Shown here piece after piece: positions 11,101-26,100 of a DNA stretch of 64,000 nucleotides (the first letter of the stretch is position 1; each line of letters starts with the position of its first letter). This stretch comes from Nageia nagi (lineage: Eukaryota > Plantae > Pinophyta). Made by a program: the position numbers and the translations under genes. The DNA lies in contig JBITNC010000001.1 of NCBI GenBank assembly GCA_050084985.1, positions 138,384,001 through 138,448,000 of the forward strand, in the 5' to 3' direction. The notes under the pieces are model-generated. The model was not told the origin of the DNA, did not search any database, and worked only from the letters and a program-made list of their open reading frames with translations.

Positions 11101-14100
11101 GCCCATCTCTTCTAATCCAACATTGGGCATTTAGGGGTCCCAACAACTTGACTAACCATTATGTTTTCCTAGTGATGCCAACATGGGGTTCTAGGCACCT
11201 TTAGTGCCAACGTGGGGGTCTCAGGTATCTTTAGTGCCAACATGGGGTACCAGACTCCTTCAATGCTGACGTGGGGTATCTGGGAGTCCTGAAGTGCCAT
11301 GTGAGGTGTGGGTCCGCTCTCAAGCACAATGCAAGCATGCTGGTGTATGATGATCCAAATGGGATCTCCAATAAAAATAAGAAAATTCGATGACAAACAA
11401 CAAAAGTAGGGCATCCATTGTTTACAACTAAAAATTTGAGAATGCAAATAAATGAATACCTATAGTCCCAAAGGATATTTGTAATTTTGAGCTAATGGAT
11501 AGAAATTTATAACAAGAAAAGCTGATATAGAAGATAATGAATAACTAGAATCGAAATGATATCACCAAACAAGAGTAAATTTGTATAATTACCTCATGGA
11601 ACGTACTTGATATCGAAGAATGGAAGATAGTGATGAAGCCTCAACAACTAACAGAGTCTACACCTGAAGTCATAGAGCAAGGTGATCCAAAGAGAGCCGT
11701 GGGCGGTCTATTTCGTGCTCGAAAGGAGCATCGACGGTCTGTTTCGTCCATAGGGGAGCGTCGGCAATCTTCATTAGACTATAGTCCATTTCGAATGGAC
11801 TCTATGCCTCTGCATGGACTCTCGATGATCGTAGTTTGATACTTAGATAAACTAATAATTGTCAGGATGCTCTCATAAGGAAGTACACAAACCCAGCCTT
11901 GAATGGTGGTGTCAAGAGACACCTAAAAGACTAACATCATCAAGACTAGATATGGGATCATGTATCTCTTTAATGTGGACTTACTATTAGATACCTATTT
12001 ATATAGATAATAATATGACCTACTCTTTAGGTCAACATGTACCTACATTTACAAAAATATAGTAAGTCAATGATATATATAGACCATATCCAAGGTAACA
12101 TTAATATTCTTGAACTAGGTGTGTATAAGTGTGGGCACATATTTCAAAATGTATAAATTTAAATGCATAAATTAATTTTATGCGATAAAATATGCCCCAC
12201 TTTGGATGAGAATTTGAAAATCACTAGGTGCATTGAGATTTTTCATTCAAAGTACAACCAAGATGTCATAGCAATCAAATATTGATAAGTATTGACAAGC
12301 ATAATACCAACACTAATCAGTCTATTTTGATATTGAACTATGATAAAAATATAAGAAAGATGAGCAATCATATCAACAAATGTATGAGTTTAAGAAAATC
12401 CCCTCATATGAAATCCACCATGTTGCCCCTACTTGATGTTGATGTGCTCCATGAGCTCCAATGATGACCATCTCATGTCACTGATAGTTCTACTCATTGA
12501 TCTTGTGGAAGCTAGACTTCCTACCGAGAGGCATAATGATAAAACTAGAAGCTGAGACTCTGCCAAAAGGTGTATTGTAATGAGTATGAGAGCTGAAACT
12601 CTGCACCAAGAGGTATATTGCAATGAGGGATGGAGCTAATACTCCACCAAGGGGCATGAAACTAGGATGATGATATGGGATCTGAGACTCCATGCCAAGA
12701 GGCATGCAAATTTACGATCTGGGAGTTGAAACTCTACACCAAGAGGTATCTGATGATTTTTATTCTTGCTATTTCTAACTATGAAAAAGGACTGTGGGCG
12801 GTCCTTTCCTGCTAAAAATGGAGCGCTAGCACTCCTCTTCTGACATTGAAATGACCTTTTGTTTTGAATTCATGCTATCTATTCACATGCTTGTTCCTGT
12901 AGTAACATTTTTTACGGAAATAGATGCATGGGGTGACCCATAGGTCGCTTAGATGTGATACTTCTTAAGGTGCCTAGCATTGATGGGATTTTTGAGAACC
13001 TCCTCATCCAATGTAGATAATCTATATGCACCTCTGCCGAAAACCCTTGTAATGATGTATGGGCCAACTCAATTTGGCTCAAATTTTCCTTTAAGTTCAT
13101 CCTTTGCTGTAGTGTTAGAAGCGTTCTCTTGGAGAACCAAATCCCCAACCTCAATTGCTTTGGGCACCATTTTATTTTCATAGGCACTCTTTATTCTTTG
13201 TTGATATGTTCTGAGATGCTCTAATGCATTAAATCTTTTCTCATTTAATGCCTCTAGCTGAATTAACCTTGCTTCCCATTGTTGTGGTTCCTTCATGATA
13301 TCTATGAGTGCAATTCTCAAAGAAGGGATCTCAATTTCAAGAGGAATGACTGCTTCATCACCACACACAAGAGAGTATGGAGTAGCACCTGTTGTTGTTC
13401 TTTCACTTGTTCTATATGCCCATAGAGCATATGGTAATTGATCATGCCAATCCCTACCATTCTTTTTGATAGTTTTTGCCAATATTTTCTTGATTGTTTT
13501 GCTTGTTGCTTCAGATTATCCATTTCCTTGGCGATAGTAAACTAAAGAGAATCTCTGTTCAACCTTCATCTTTTTATAAAATTCTTTGATATCTTTTTCT
13601 GTAAAATTTGCACCATTATCCATGATTAACCTTTGAGGTATGCAAAATCTGCAAATGATATATTCCTTTATGAAATTGATAACATGTTTTTGTATAGCTA
13701 TTTTCGAAGGAATTGCCTCAACCCGTTTAGTGTAGTATTCGGTGCCAACCAAGATAAACTTGTGCCCCTCACTAGATGGAGGATTGATAACACCCATGAA
13801 ATCCAAAGCCCACATTGAGAAAGGCCATGGTGATGTGACATAGTTCAACTCTTAAGTAGGTGTTAATTCTAAATGTGCATGCTTTTGACATTGCTCACAC
13901 TTTTTGATATGCTCACAACAATCATGCTCCATGGTGGGCCACCAATAACCCATCCTAATCAAATTGCCATAAATTGATCTCCCATTGAAATGACCTCCAC
14001 ATGCCCCTCCATGAGCATGCTCTAATGCTGTTCCAATCTCCTCATCATGAAGACATCTCAAAAGAATACCATTAAATGATCTTTTATAAAGTATTTCACC

Positions 14101-17100
14101 AATAATGACATATTTCATAGCAAGCCTTTTCATTCTAATTTGTTCTCTGTTATCAAGTGTGGCATCAATAAAGTTATCCCTCAAATATTTGAATATGTGT
14201 TGGTACCAAGGACTTACCTCATAACCAACTTTTTGAGCAACACAAACCATTTTCAAGTCCTTAGCAATTGATGGAGTTCCCAAGTTCTTGATAGTGAAAG
14301 TAGTCTCCCTACCTTCTATCTCAATTGTTATAAGTGAATCTGCACTTGCCATTGCATCTGCCAATCTGTTATTATTCTTTGGAATGTTTTCTAACTGATA
14401 CTCTTCAAAGCAAGCAAGGAGTTTTGCAACAAGGACTTTATATTGAATAAGTTCCTCATCCTTGGTGTTGTAGATCTCATTGACTTGTTGATTCACAATC
14501 AGCTGTGAATCCCCATAAATATACAAATGTGTAATACCAATCTCTATAGCTACTTTCAATCCTAATATGAGAGCTTCATATTCTGCCATATTGTTAGTAC
14601 ATTCAAATGATAGTTTGTATGACATAGGAATAACATCATTCTAAGGTGATATCAATGCTATTCCTGCTCCTAACCCTTGAATACACCGTGATCCATCAAA
14701 ATACATTTTTCTAGAGTTTTGAAACCTCCGAAAAAGGAATGCCGACGGTCTTGTTGTCTTCAAAAGAAGGCCATAGGTGGTCCTCTTCTATACGTTCTGC
14801 AATTTTTGCCAAAGCACATTTGTCCTTAAATTCTTCTTTGAGTTCTGTACTATCTTTCATGGGAAACTCCGCAACAAAATTTGCAACTACTTTCCCTTTA
14901 AGTGATTTTTGTTTCACAAACTTGAGATCAAACTCTTGAAGTAGCATGATCCATTTTGCTAACCTTTCGTTGAGGCATGGTTTTGACATTAGGTATCTTA
15001 ATGGGTCTGTTTGAGTAAGTACATGTGTTTTGGTATTGATCATATAATGCTTCAACCTCTCAGTAGCAAACACTATACATTGACATAACTTTTCAATGGG
15101 TATGTATCTGGTTTCATATTCTTTCAATGTTCTGCTAATAAAGTAGACTACTCTTTCTTTACCGTCTTCTTCCTTCTTTGCCAACATTACCCCAAATGCA
15201 TGTTCTGTAGCCGAGACATAGAGCCAAAAAGGTTCTCAATGCCTATATGGAGCTAAGATCGGCGGATGTAGCAAATACTCTTTTATTCTATCAAAAGCTT
15301 CTTGACACTTAACATCCCATTTAAACTCAACTTCTTTCTTAAGTAAATGAGACATAAGAGCTATCTTATCTATTAATTGACAAATGAATCTTCTAACAGC
15401 TTGAATCTTTCCTTGGAGGCTTCTCAATTGCTTGAGATTCGTAGGAGGAGACATTTCTATGATGGCCTTAATCTTCTTTGGATCCACCTCAGCCCCTCTC
15501 CTAGAGACAATGTGCTCCAAGAGTTTTCCTAATGTACCTCAAATACACATTTTTGAGGCTTGATTCTTAACTTGTACTGCTTCATCCTTTCAAATGCTAT
15601 TTTTACATCCTTGGCATGGTCTTCTTTATTCTTTGATTTTAAATAGATATCATCTACATAGACCTTTATTGTTTTATGAATGAAATCATGGAACATGGCT
15701 ATCATTGCTCTTTGATATGTGGCCCTTGCATTCTTAAGACCAAATGGCATTACCTTGTAGCAAAAGTTACCCTAAGGAGTTCTAAAGGTTGTTTTATGCT
15801 GATCACTTTCCTTGATTTTGATTTGATTATATCCTTGAAATCCATCCATAAATGATAATATCTCATAACCTGCTAAACTGTCAATGATCATATCTATGTT
15901 GGGTGGTGGGAAATCGTCTTTTGGACATGCTTTATTGAGAACTCTGAAATCAGTACATATTCTAATTTCGCCTGTAGGCTTTTTCACTGGGGCTACATTA
16001 GCCATCCATTCTGAATAATCAATGTACTTAATGAAGCCAACCTCCAATAGTTTCTCAATGTCCTTCTTGACTAGTAAAAAAACCTGAAAAGGTATCTTTC
16101 TTGGTTTTTGCTTTACAAGAACTGCTCCTTTCTCGATGACCAAATTATGTACCATAAAATTTTCATCTAATCCAAGCATATCTTTATATGACCATGCAAA
16201 CAATTCGGAATAATCATGAAAAGATTGAATCAACTCATTTTGCAAAGGTTCCTCAAGGAGCTTACCCGTTTTTAAGAGTCACGATGTCTCTTGAGAACCA
16301 ATGTTAACCTCCTCTATCTCTTCATTCAACCAAGTCATCTCTAATTCTGATGGTGTGGGAAATGGAAACTCTTCCAACGCTTCAATTTTATCTTCCATAG
16401 ATTCACCAAAGCAAGCATGTACATCTAGACAATGTTTATGAGTCCTCTTTTCAGACCTAGCTGGATATTCAATTCTAGCACCCATAGATTCTAAGAAAGC
16501 ATCATTATTCTCAAACAAGTCTATAGCATGTATTGCATCTTCATCATCTATTCCACATTCAATAACAAAGCAATTTTGATCATCTCTTACCCATTCATCT
16601 TCTTGCATTAATAACGGAAAATTGTCCTGACCATCATGACCATCTCCACGATATGGAATGATGCAACATTTGTTTTTCTCTGTGATTTCCTTTAAAGAGG
16701 ACCGTTGATGGTCTTTATGTAGCCCAAAGGAGTGCAGGCAATCCTTTTCCTAAGCCTCCTGCCATCCGTCCAAATCTCTCTTCGGACTAATGTTATTGAT
16801 GTCCATGATGGTGTACGAACCAAACTCGATATCCTTGACGTTAATTCTCTTTAACATTTTTTTATAGATCTACTCATTCTTAGCTAGGATAGCCTCATTT
16901 TCTGTCTCATACAGAACAAATCTCTTAGGGAGAACATAATTGTACTACTTGGCTATCTGCTCATCTACTTCTACCTTGTAAACATTTCCTTCAAAACAAA
17001 ACTTGAAACACCTATGCAAAGTGGATGCTACTCCTTCCATGTCATCTATCCAAGGTCTTCCAAGAATGAAATTAAAAGAAGGTTTTCCATTTGTAATGTA

Positions 17101-20100
17101 GAAGAGGGTCTGAAGTACCTTGTTTCCTACTTTGATCGAAAGTGTGATGATTCCTGTACATTTGTTTGGAACACCATCAAACCCCTTAACTCTCATGGTA
17201 GTCTCTTCTCTTGGAGGTAATAAATTTGGATCAAACTGTGAAAGCAAATGAGTGGTGGTAATATTCAAAGCTGCCCCACCATCTATCAATGATCTCTTAA
17301 CTGTATTGCCAAAGATATTCACTTCAATAAACAATGGTGGATGTAATCAGGTTACATTCTTACCAGGCTTTTCACTAGGGTGAAAAGTGATAACATCTCC
17401 TTTACTCCATATTTCTACCTTTTTCGGAAAAGCAGTGATTGAGATGTTCCTATCTATCTAACTATTCTTGAAAATCTAATTCATTATTTCTCTATGAGGT
17501 TTTGAAATTTGAAGCAATTCAAACAAACTAACCTTGGCTTGTGTATTCTTGAGTTGCTCAATGAGGCCAAAACTTCTTAGGTCTTTAGGGAGCTTCTTTT
17601 CACATGTGACAAGATTTGTGCTACTCTTGATCTTTCTTGTGTAAGTGCTGCACACACTTCTTCATGGAAAATTACATTGATATGTTGCTCCTCCCCTATA
17701 TCTTTAACTTCGATAGGACACATAGAATCCATCCTCTATGAGCCTTTGTATTTTGTTTCTTAGGCCTCCACACCCATTAGTGGCATGCCCCTTGGTTTGA
17801 TGATATTAACAGTATCTGTCTTTCTTGTACCATGTTGGCCTCTCCACTGACTCATCTTCCTCTCACTTAGGTAAAGGCTGTAATAGTCCCTTTGCCATTA
17901 GATCTTTCAAGATAAACTTGAGAGGCTTAGGAAACTTTATGAATTTTCTTTCTTTCTTTTCATCTGCTTTTTCTACTACATGAATGGATTTATCTTTCTT
18001 TGGTGATTGTGGCTGCTTATCCTTGGCCCTAGGCTTGTCATCATCTCGATATTTCACAAGCCCTAATTTCACAAGGACTTTTTCTTTTTCCAATAGCTTA
18101 TATGTCATATCAAAAAATGCTAGATGTGTATAATCAATGACATAAGATTGTAAGGATAATATGACAGCCTCCTTGAAGATATTGTTTACCTCCTTTTCCG
18201 TGAGCTTAGTTTTGATTTGTTCCCATGTCTTTTTGAATCGCATGACAAACTTTTCAAGATTTTCATTACTGCCTTGCCTCATAGCACATAGATCCGAAAC
18301 CATGACTTCATGCTTGATGTTATGCTTATACTATTCCAGAAATAAGTTGCCCAATTCTCAAAATGATTTAACTGACCTTTTGAGTAAAGAATAGAACCAT
18401 TCACGAGCCTCTCCTTCCAAACTATGAGGAAAGAACTTCGCCTGTAATCTCGAATCCACACTAATTTTGACCACACACTCATCTTTGAACCCTTGCAAAT
18501 GTCTCTTGGGATCTCCCTCCCCACTGAACTTACAGAACTTGGGATCTTTATAATCTAGCGGTGGCATGCATAAAATGATCTCATCACATAGAGGGCTACC
18601 AAACTCAATCGAATCATCTGGTTGTGTTGATCCTCTTTCTAGTTGATCAATCTGTCTTTGCATACCCTCAATAGTAGCCTAAATGTGATCATTGTTACTT
18701 CCATCACCGTGGTCAGCTCCTTCATTAGATGCTTCTGGTCCATCACGCTGAATCTCCCAAGAGCTCATCAAGATCTCTTCTAGAAAGATTTTGTAGGAAT
18801 AATCTTAACTGATCCATATCTAAAACAACTCACCAAATCGCTTATTAGTCCTAACAAAAACCCTAGGGTTTTAGCACAAGTACTTATGTTTCATGTCGAG
18901 TTCACCAAAATGTTTACAAACAAAAATTCGAGAATGCAAATAAATGAATACCTACAATCCCGAAGGATATTTGTAACTCTGAGCTAATGGATAGCAATTT
19001 ATAACAAGAAAAGTTGATATAGAAGATAATGAATAATTGGAATCGAAATGACATCACCAAACAAGACTGAATTTATATACTTACCTCATGGAACATACCT
19101 GATATCGACGAACAAAAGATAGTGACAAAGCCTCAACAACTAATGGAGTCTGCACTTGAAGTCATAGAGCAAGGTGATCCAAAGAGAGAGCTGTGGGAGG
19201 TCTATTTCATGCTCGAAAGGAGCGTCGATGGTCTATTTCGTCTACAGGGGAGCACTAGCGATCTTCGTTAGACTATAGTCCATTTCGAACTAACTCTATG
19301 CCTCTGCATGGACTCTCGATGATCGCAGTTTGATACTCAGATAAACCAATAATTGTTAGGATGCTTGCATAAGGAAGTACACAAACCCAACCTTGAATGG
19401 CGGTGTTAAGAGACACCTAAAAGACTGCCATCATCAAGACCAAATATGGGATCATGTATCTCCTTTATGTGGACTTACTATTAGATCCCTATTTATATAG
19501 ATAATAATATGACCTACTCCTTAGGTCGGCATGTAACTACATAAACAAGAATATAGTAAGTCAATGATATATATTGACCATATCCAAGATAACATTAATA
19601 TTCTTGAACTAGGTGTGTATAAGTGCGGGCACATATTTCCAAATGTATAAATTTAAATGCATAAATTAATTTTATGCAATAAAATCCACATTAAACAATA
19701 TCAACCCTAGAATGCCAATGTTGGGCTTGCACAAGCATAAAATCACTCCATAATGCCAATGATGGGTCACAAACACAAATACTACACAAAGAAGCTCAAT
19801 GCATGCACAAGATAGACAATACAAACACAATGGCTAAGATCGAATGAGTCCACAACTTGTATTATGATCAACAATGAGAAATGATATAATGTATGCCCAA
19901 AGGGCCAGACAATAGCCTTCTAGGAGCTAAATACTGCTGAATGACTCTCCTGATGCTACCAGATGAACCTAGGGATAGTAGTGCCCTCTCACAACTTGAC
20001 TCCTCCCCATTGAAGGGGCCCTCCTCAGATCTAGATAACCACTCGCATGGTAGAGACTTTGCCTCAGATCCACCAAATGGGAAATGGTGCTCCACCAATT

Positions 20101-23100
20101 TTCATAGACTACCAAGTTCCCCTTCTTGGTAACTCTCTTAGGTGCTCCACCTAAGGAATTCACTTAGCGCTCCGCTAAGGTCTTTGTCCACTGAATGATG
20201 TATGAGAGAAGAATTAATAATCAATAGCTATCCCAACAATGAGGCCCTCATGTCTATTTATATTTTCCTTATGTCCGATTCTTGCCTCGGTATCATCCCA
20301 AGCCCCTTCTATTCCAACGTTGGGGTCAAAGAGGTCAACCATGACAACGTGGCGGTCATAATGGCCCAGAGTGCCAATGTGGGGATCATGATGGCCCATT
20401 AAGCTGACGTGGGGTCATGATGGCCTCTTAAACTAACATGGAGGTCCTAGAGTGCTCAAGTTTCAATGTGGGGGTGTGGGACCCTCCCAAATGTTGTGCA
20501 AGTATGTTGGTGTCTATCCAATCCTTAAATGCATTAATATTCCTTAGGATTCCCGCTATCCGGGATCTCCAATTCAATATGAACCTATTCTACTACTCAG
20601 GAGGGAGACATCCCACTTGGGGCTCACAGTGGGATCCATAGGACCCATAAAACTCCTATCTCGAGTTATAATAAAGTACATGAAATCACACTATACTTAA
20701 TATATTACAAGATGACCCAATGGGTCCTATTACATTTTCAAGGGGACGTCACATGGTGATCATCCAATATGTGGGGATTTGAATACACCTTGGGATTCCC
20801 ATAATTCAAGATCTCCAATTACATAACAAAACCTACTCTACTACTTAGGAGGGAGACGTCCCACTAAGGGCTCACAGTGGGGTCCACAAGAACCATCAAA
20901 CTCCTATCTTGAGTGTGCAAATGACAAAGACACAAATACATAAAAAAGAATGTTATACATAATGACTCAATGAGTCCCATCAAAACTACAAAATGAATGT
21001 TACAGTAAAATTTTGGAGCTAACTTCTAGGGGCCTTTGATCTTTAGGGATTTCTGTCAGTAAGGGTGCAATCGCAAGAACACAATGTCATCCACCTAGAA
21101 CTCGTGCTCTACATGCTGCTAGTCAGCCTATTGATTTATGTGATTTTGGGAAGTTTGAAGGTTTTCCTTGAGAATACGAAGAATGTCAGCTCGATGAATC
21201 AACTCTGAATCTACTACCTGAACCTTACTGCTTCCTTCAACATATGAGGTCATTGTTGGTGGTGCTTGGCCATATATAGCTTCTTACGGTGTCATCTTGA
21301 TTGCAGAGTGATAGTAAGTGTTGTACCACCATTCGGCCAAGGGAAGCCATTTCACCCAATGCATTGGCTGAGTTGATGCAAAACAATGCAAGTATGTTTC
21401 CAAACATTTGTTAACAATCTTTGTCTAACCATCTGTCTGAGGGTGATGTGCTGAGCTCATGTTAAGTTGTGTTCTTTGAAGCTTGAAGAATTCTTGCCAC
21501 AAATGACTAGTAAAAGTGGGGTCACAATCATTGACTATAGTCGATGGCATTCCGTGAAGTTTGAAAATGTTGTCCACAAATAATTGCGCTATATTCATAG
21601 CTTTGTAGGGATGAGCCAAGGAACAAAAATGAGCATATTTTGATAGTCGGTCCACCACCACCATGATGACTGATTTGCCACCTAATTTTGTAAGACCTTC
21701 GATGAAGTCCATTGAGATATCTGTCCAAGTGTGGGTTGGTATAGGAAGAGGTTGAAGGAGTCCTAGAGTGCCCCCTATTTCACCCTTCTGTCACTGACAC
21801 ATCACATGCTGCAATAAATTGTTTGATGTCCTGCTTCATGCCTACCCAATAGAAAGATCGAGCTACCCGTTTATAAGTGTTCAAGAATCTTGAGTTCCCC
21901 GTAGCTGGTGTAGAATGCAATTCTTGAACTATTTCTATTTTACATTTTGATTTAGAAGGTAACAAGATTCTTCCTTTGAATCTCAAAAGGCCCTCGCTCC
22001 ATGTGTGGTCAGGTTTACTCATGGGATCTTGTGCAATTTGTTGGAGCAACTCTTGAATGGATCCATCCTCAATCCACTCCTGTTTGACCTTGTCCAACCA
22101 CTGAGGTACTAGAAAAGAAAAGGCTTTCAAGGCTACCTCATCTTTGAATTTTTGAGAGAGAGCATCCATGACCACATTTTCCTTTCCTTTCTGGTATACA
22201 ATCTCATAATCATACCCTAGCAATTTTGTCACCCACTTTTGTTGCTTTGGAGTAGAAATGCTTGCTCAATAAAGAACTTCAAATTGTGATGATCTGTGAG
22301 GATGATGAAATGTTTGCCAATGAGATATGGTTGCCACCACTGGATTGCATAAATTATGGCTAGCATTTCTTTTTCATAGGTGGACTTACCCAAATTTTTT
22401 ACTAAGAGTGCTCTACTAGTGAAGGCTAAAGGTCAGCCTTCTTGCATCAATATTGCACCAATGCCCACCCCACAAGCATCACTTTCAATCACAAATGTTT
22501 TAAAAAAATCAACCATTGCTAAGACTGGAGTAGAACACATTGCCTCCTTGAGTTTATTGAAACCTTCATCAGCCTGTGGTGACCAATTGAAGGCATTCTT
22601 TTAAACAAAACTGTTGATGGCATCGCTTTTTTTCCATAATCCTCTATAAATTTCCGGTAATAACCTATTAGTCCTAAGAATCCCTGTAAACTTTTCAAGG
22701 ATTTAGGGATAGACCAATTTTGCATATCTTCAATTTTTTGTGGATCAACCTTGACTCCTTCTGAAATGATGTGCCCCAAATACTCAATTTCATTTTTTCC
22801 AAATAAACATTTTGACCTTTTGGCATAAAGTTGGTTGTCTCGCAAAATTTGTAGAGCCTTGTCTACATGTGCCAAATGTTCCTTCCATGTTTTACTATAA
22901 ATCAAGATATTGTCAAAGAAAACCAAGATGAATTTCCTAAAGAAGGGCCGAAACACTTGATTCATTAAACTTTGGAACGTAGATGGTGCATTTGTGAGTC
23001 CAAATGGCATGACCAAGAACTCATAATGGCCCTCATGAGTGTGAAAGGTAGTTTTCAAAATATCCTCCTCCTTGAGTTGAATTTGATGATACCCCGACCG

Positions 23101-26100
23101 TAAATCCAACTTGGAAAAATATCTTGCCCAATGCAATTCATCAATGAATGGTATAGGAAACTTATCTTTGATAGTGAGTTTATTGAGAGCCCTAAAATCC
23201 ACACACATGTGCCATGACCCATCTTTCTTGCAAACTAGTAGCACTAGAGAGGAATAGGGCTTTCTACTATATTGGATCACTCCTGCATCCAACATTTCCC
23301 GAACCAATTTTTCAATTTCATTTTTCTGCAAAAAAGGATATCTGTAGGGGAGAATGTTCAATGGTTGACTGCCTGACACCAACTGTATGGCATGATCATG
23401 AGAATGTGAGGGAGGTAGTCCTTGGTTCTTCAAAAGCATCTTCTTATTTACTTAAGATTGGTTGCAATTCCTCTGGCTTAGTGGCTCCTATTTTAGTAAC
23501 TTTAATAGAACACAATTGGGCTAGTATTCCCTTCCCATTTTTTCAAAGAATCTTTTTCATCCAATGAGAGCTCACAATTTGTGATGGCCCAGCCTGCAAT
23601 CCCTTGAAAGTATGCTCCTGTTGGGCAATTTTGAAGGTCATCCATAATTCTGCAAAATTCCATTGGATTGTGCCCAACGTTCCAAGCCATTGCACTCCAA
23701 GGACTATGTCACATCCCCTTAATGGTAAAGCATATAAGAGATCACAAAAGTTTCTTCATTATGGCTTTCAGGTTCCTCTGTACCTTCTTTTGTTGCACTC
23801 TCATATTCCTCATCACTAGGGGCATCTACATCTAGTATATAAAACCTCTATTGAGTATAATGATGGCCAGGGGAAAACTTGTCATCGCAATTGTAGCATA
23901 GGCCTTCTTTCCTTCGTTCCTCCATTTTTTCCATGGTCAGTTTCTTAATTTGGAGAGGTCGATTTGGTTTTGGGACATTTGTGCCATTTTGAGAATTGGA
24001 AATATTATGTGTTTTCCCAAATGGTGGCCTTTCGTGCCTTCGTTGAGCATTGGATTTATCTTCTGCTAGTTTGGCCAAAGCAAAAGCATCCATCATAGTT
24101 TTGGGATTAAACATTTTGACCTCTTCCCTGATTTCCTCTTTCAATCCACTGTTGAAGAAACTTTTGAAAAATGTATCATCCAACCCCTTTGTGTGATTAG
24201 CCAATTTCTCAAATTGGGTTTGGTACTCTTTGATTGATGTGGTATGATGCAATTTTGTTAGGGCCCCAGTGAAATCTTCATAATTGCTTCGTCCGAAGTG
24301 AAATAATAATTGTTTGGTAAATTCATCCCATGATGGATTGACATGGGTTTTTGAGTACCATTGGTGCTATTGAGGAGCCTCACAGTCAATATGGAATGAT
24401 GCAATGTTCACTTTCTGATCCTTTGAAATTTTAATCAAGGTGAAATACTACCCTACCTTATAAACCACCCGATGGGATCATCCCTATCAAATCATGGAAA
24501 ATCCAATTTGGTTGTGCAAGGGAGAATGAAACCTTGTGGACCTTGATAATTCTGGTGGTGCCTTTTGGGGCCTGAGACTGTTCTGACTGTTGTGAGGATG
24601 AACCAAGGTATGTCCCATTGTTCACATGGCTGACACTAAGAGCAATGCTATCACATTTTTGGTCTATGGCTACCACTTGGTTCTGTAGGGTGTGAATTTA
24701 TGTATGTACACCCACAAAATTCTTGTTCATCTCATTTTCCATTTTTTCTATCATTTGTTGCAACATAGCAACAAGATCAGCTGTCTTGGACCTTGTATTT
24801 TCTGCCATCTTAGCACCTCACTTCACCCGCAGCTTTATGGAAAAATATGCTTAGCCAAAAATAACAAATCCTCCTGGATATTTTAAAACCCCTGGTACAG
24901 GGTTTCTAACCTAAACCTCAAAAACAAATTCTGTAGCAGAACGGCCTTGGAAAGAGATCTGATACCAGATGTTATGATTCTACAAGAACTGAAATAGAAA
25001 TATTGCAACAACAACTACATATATGATTTTAACATGAAATGGTAACTAAACTTTCAGAATTAACAAAACATTCACAGATAAGAGAACTCAGAATTGCAAG
25101 GGAAAAGCAAAGTTGAAAGAGCTTTTACTGAATAGCAATAGAATCATAGGCCGCTTCAAGGGGACTACCTTCTTACAACTTCAAAAGTAAAATAATTTTC
25201 CAGTTGCCCTCTTTACCTTTATTACAAACATTTATAGTCCTCTTGCCCTAATTTGGAAAATAGGGCCTAACATTAAAATGAAATTTTGGACTATAAGATG
25301 GCGTTTTTAGCCTTTGATAACATCTTACTTATGTAAGACATGGAAACATTGTAGCGCTTCAAATTCTACGAAATCTAGAAAAAGAACGGGCTCAAATGGA
25401 CACCCGAGTCAAAAGTTATGGGAAAAATATAGACAAACAAATAATTAAGTAATTAAACTAACTAAAGCATAAATAAACCTAAGTAAATGTTAGGATGTGG
25501 GATCCTAACACCTTCCTTTCCTATATGATACTGACTAGTCTTGCATCCTGTTCTTTGGTTTGAATTGAACTTCATCTTTTGGGTGGACTCTTGACTCACA
25601 CCATACTTGGCATATGTGAGTAACCCACCATTGCCCTATCCGAGGATTCTTGAGTACCTTCATTTGGTTGTTTAGTCTACATTTCCTTTCCTCCTCCTCT
25701 TTTCTTCCTTTGGTAACTCTTCTATTGTTGTGTGGATTTGTCTTGAATGGTACTTGGTAGGACTAGAGTTGCCTTAGATTCTCCATTGTGTTTTTCCATT
25801 ATAGCTTCCTTTCTTACAACTTGGCATTGAGTTTCTAAGATCTTTGTCTCCAAGATATCATTGAATATCGATTGCCGTTGACAATTATTAATATTCACAA
25901 TGTGTAGGGGAAGGGGATTTTCACAAATTAAAATTCATTTTTAAAGGGGAATAGCACAAGGTAGGATTAGTGGATCTTCATAACAAAATAAATTATTCAC
26001 ATTTTGGATTGATCCTTAGGTTCTTACTTGTATATGATTTAGGTATCAAAAAATGGTACTTGTATATATTGTCTAAGATTCTCAAAATATATAAAAGGTA

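Larger units (their letters stand above)
10357..21004 (-). mobile_element. Element B: ~2.4-kb non-coding solo LTR (10357-11418 plus 19690-21004) inserted in A's integrase
   Basis: TG...CA ends, perfect GTAAA TSD (10352-10356 / 21005-21009); removing it restores KLAPKFY|EPYKV of A. Confidence 0.85.
9453..25510 (-). mobile_element. Element A: full-length Ty3/gypsy chromovirus (Reina-like), interrupted by B and C
   Basis: LTRs 9453-9994 and 24970-25510 (TGTTA...TAACA, about 9% different by eye); Met PBS near 24955-24967; gag 24676-23848; RT 23439-22519; RH; INT 21780-21010 and 10356-10200; chromodomain [16 protein letters not shown] near 10130-10040; PPT near 9995-10010. Confidence 0.93.
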
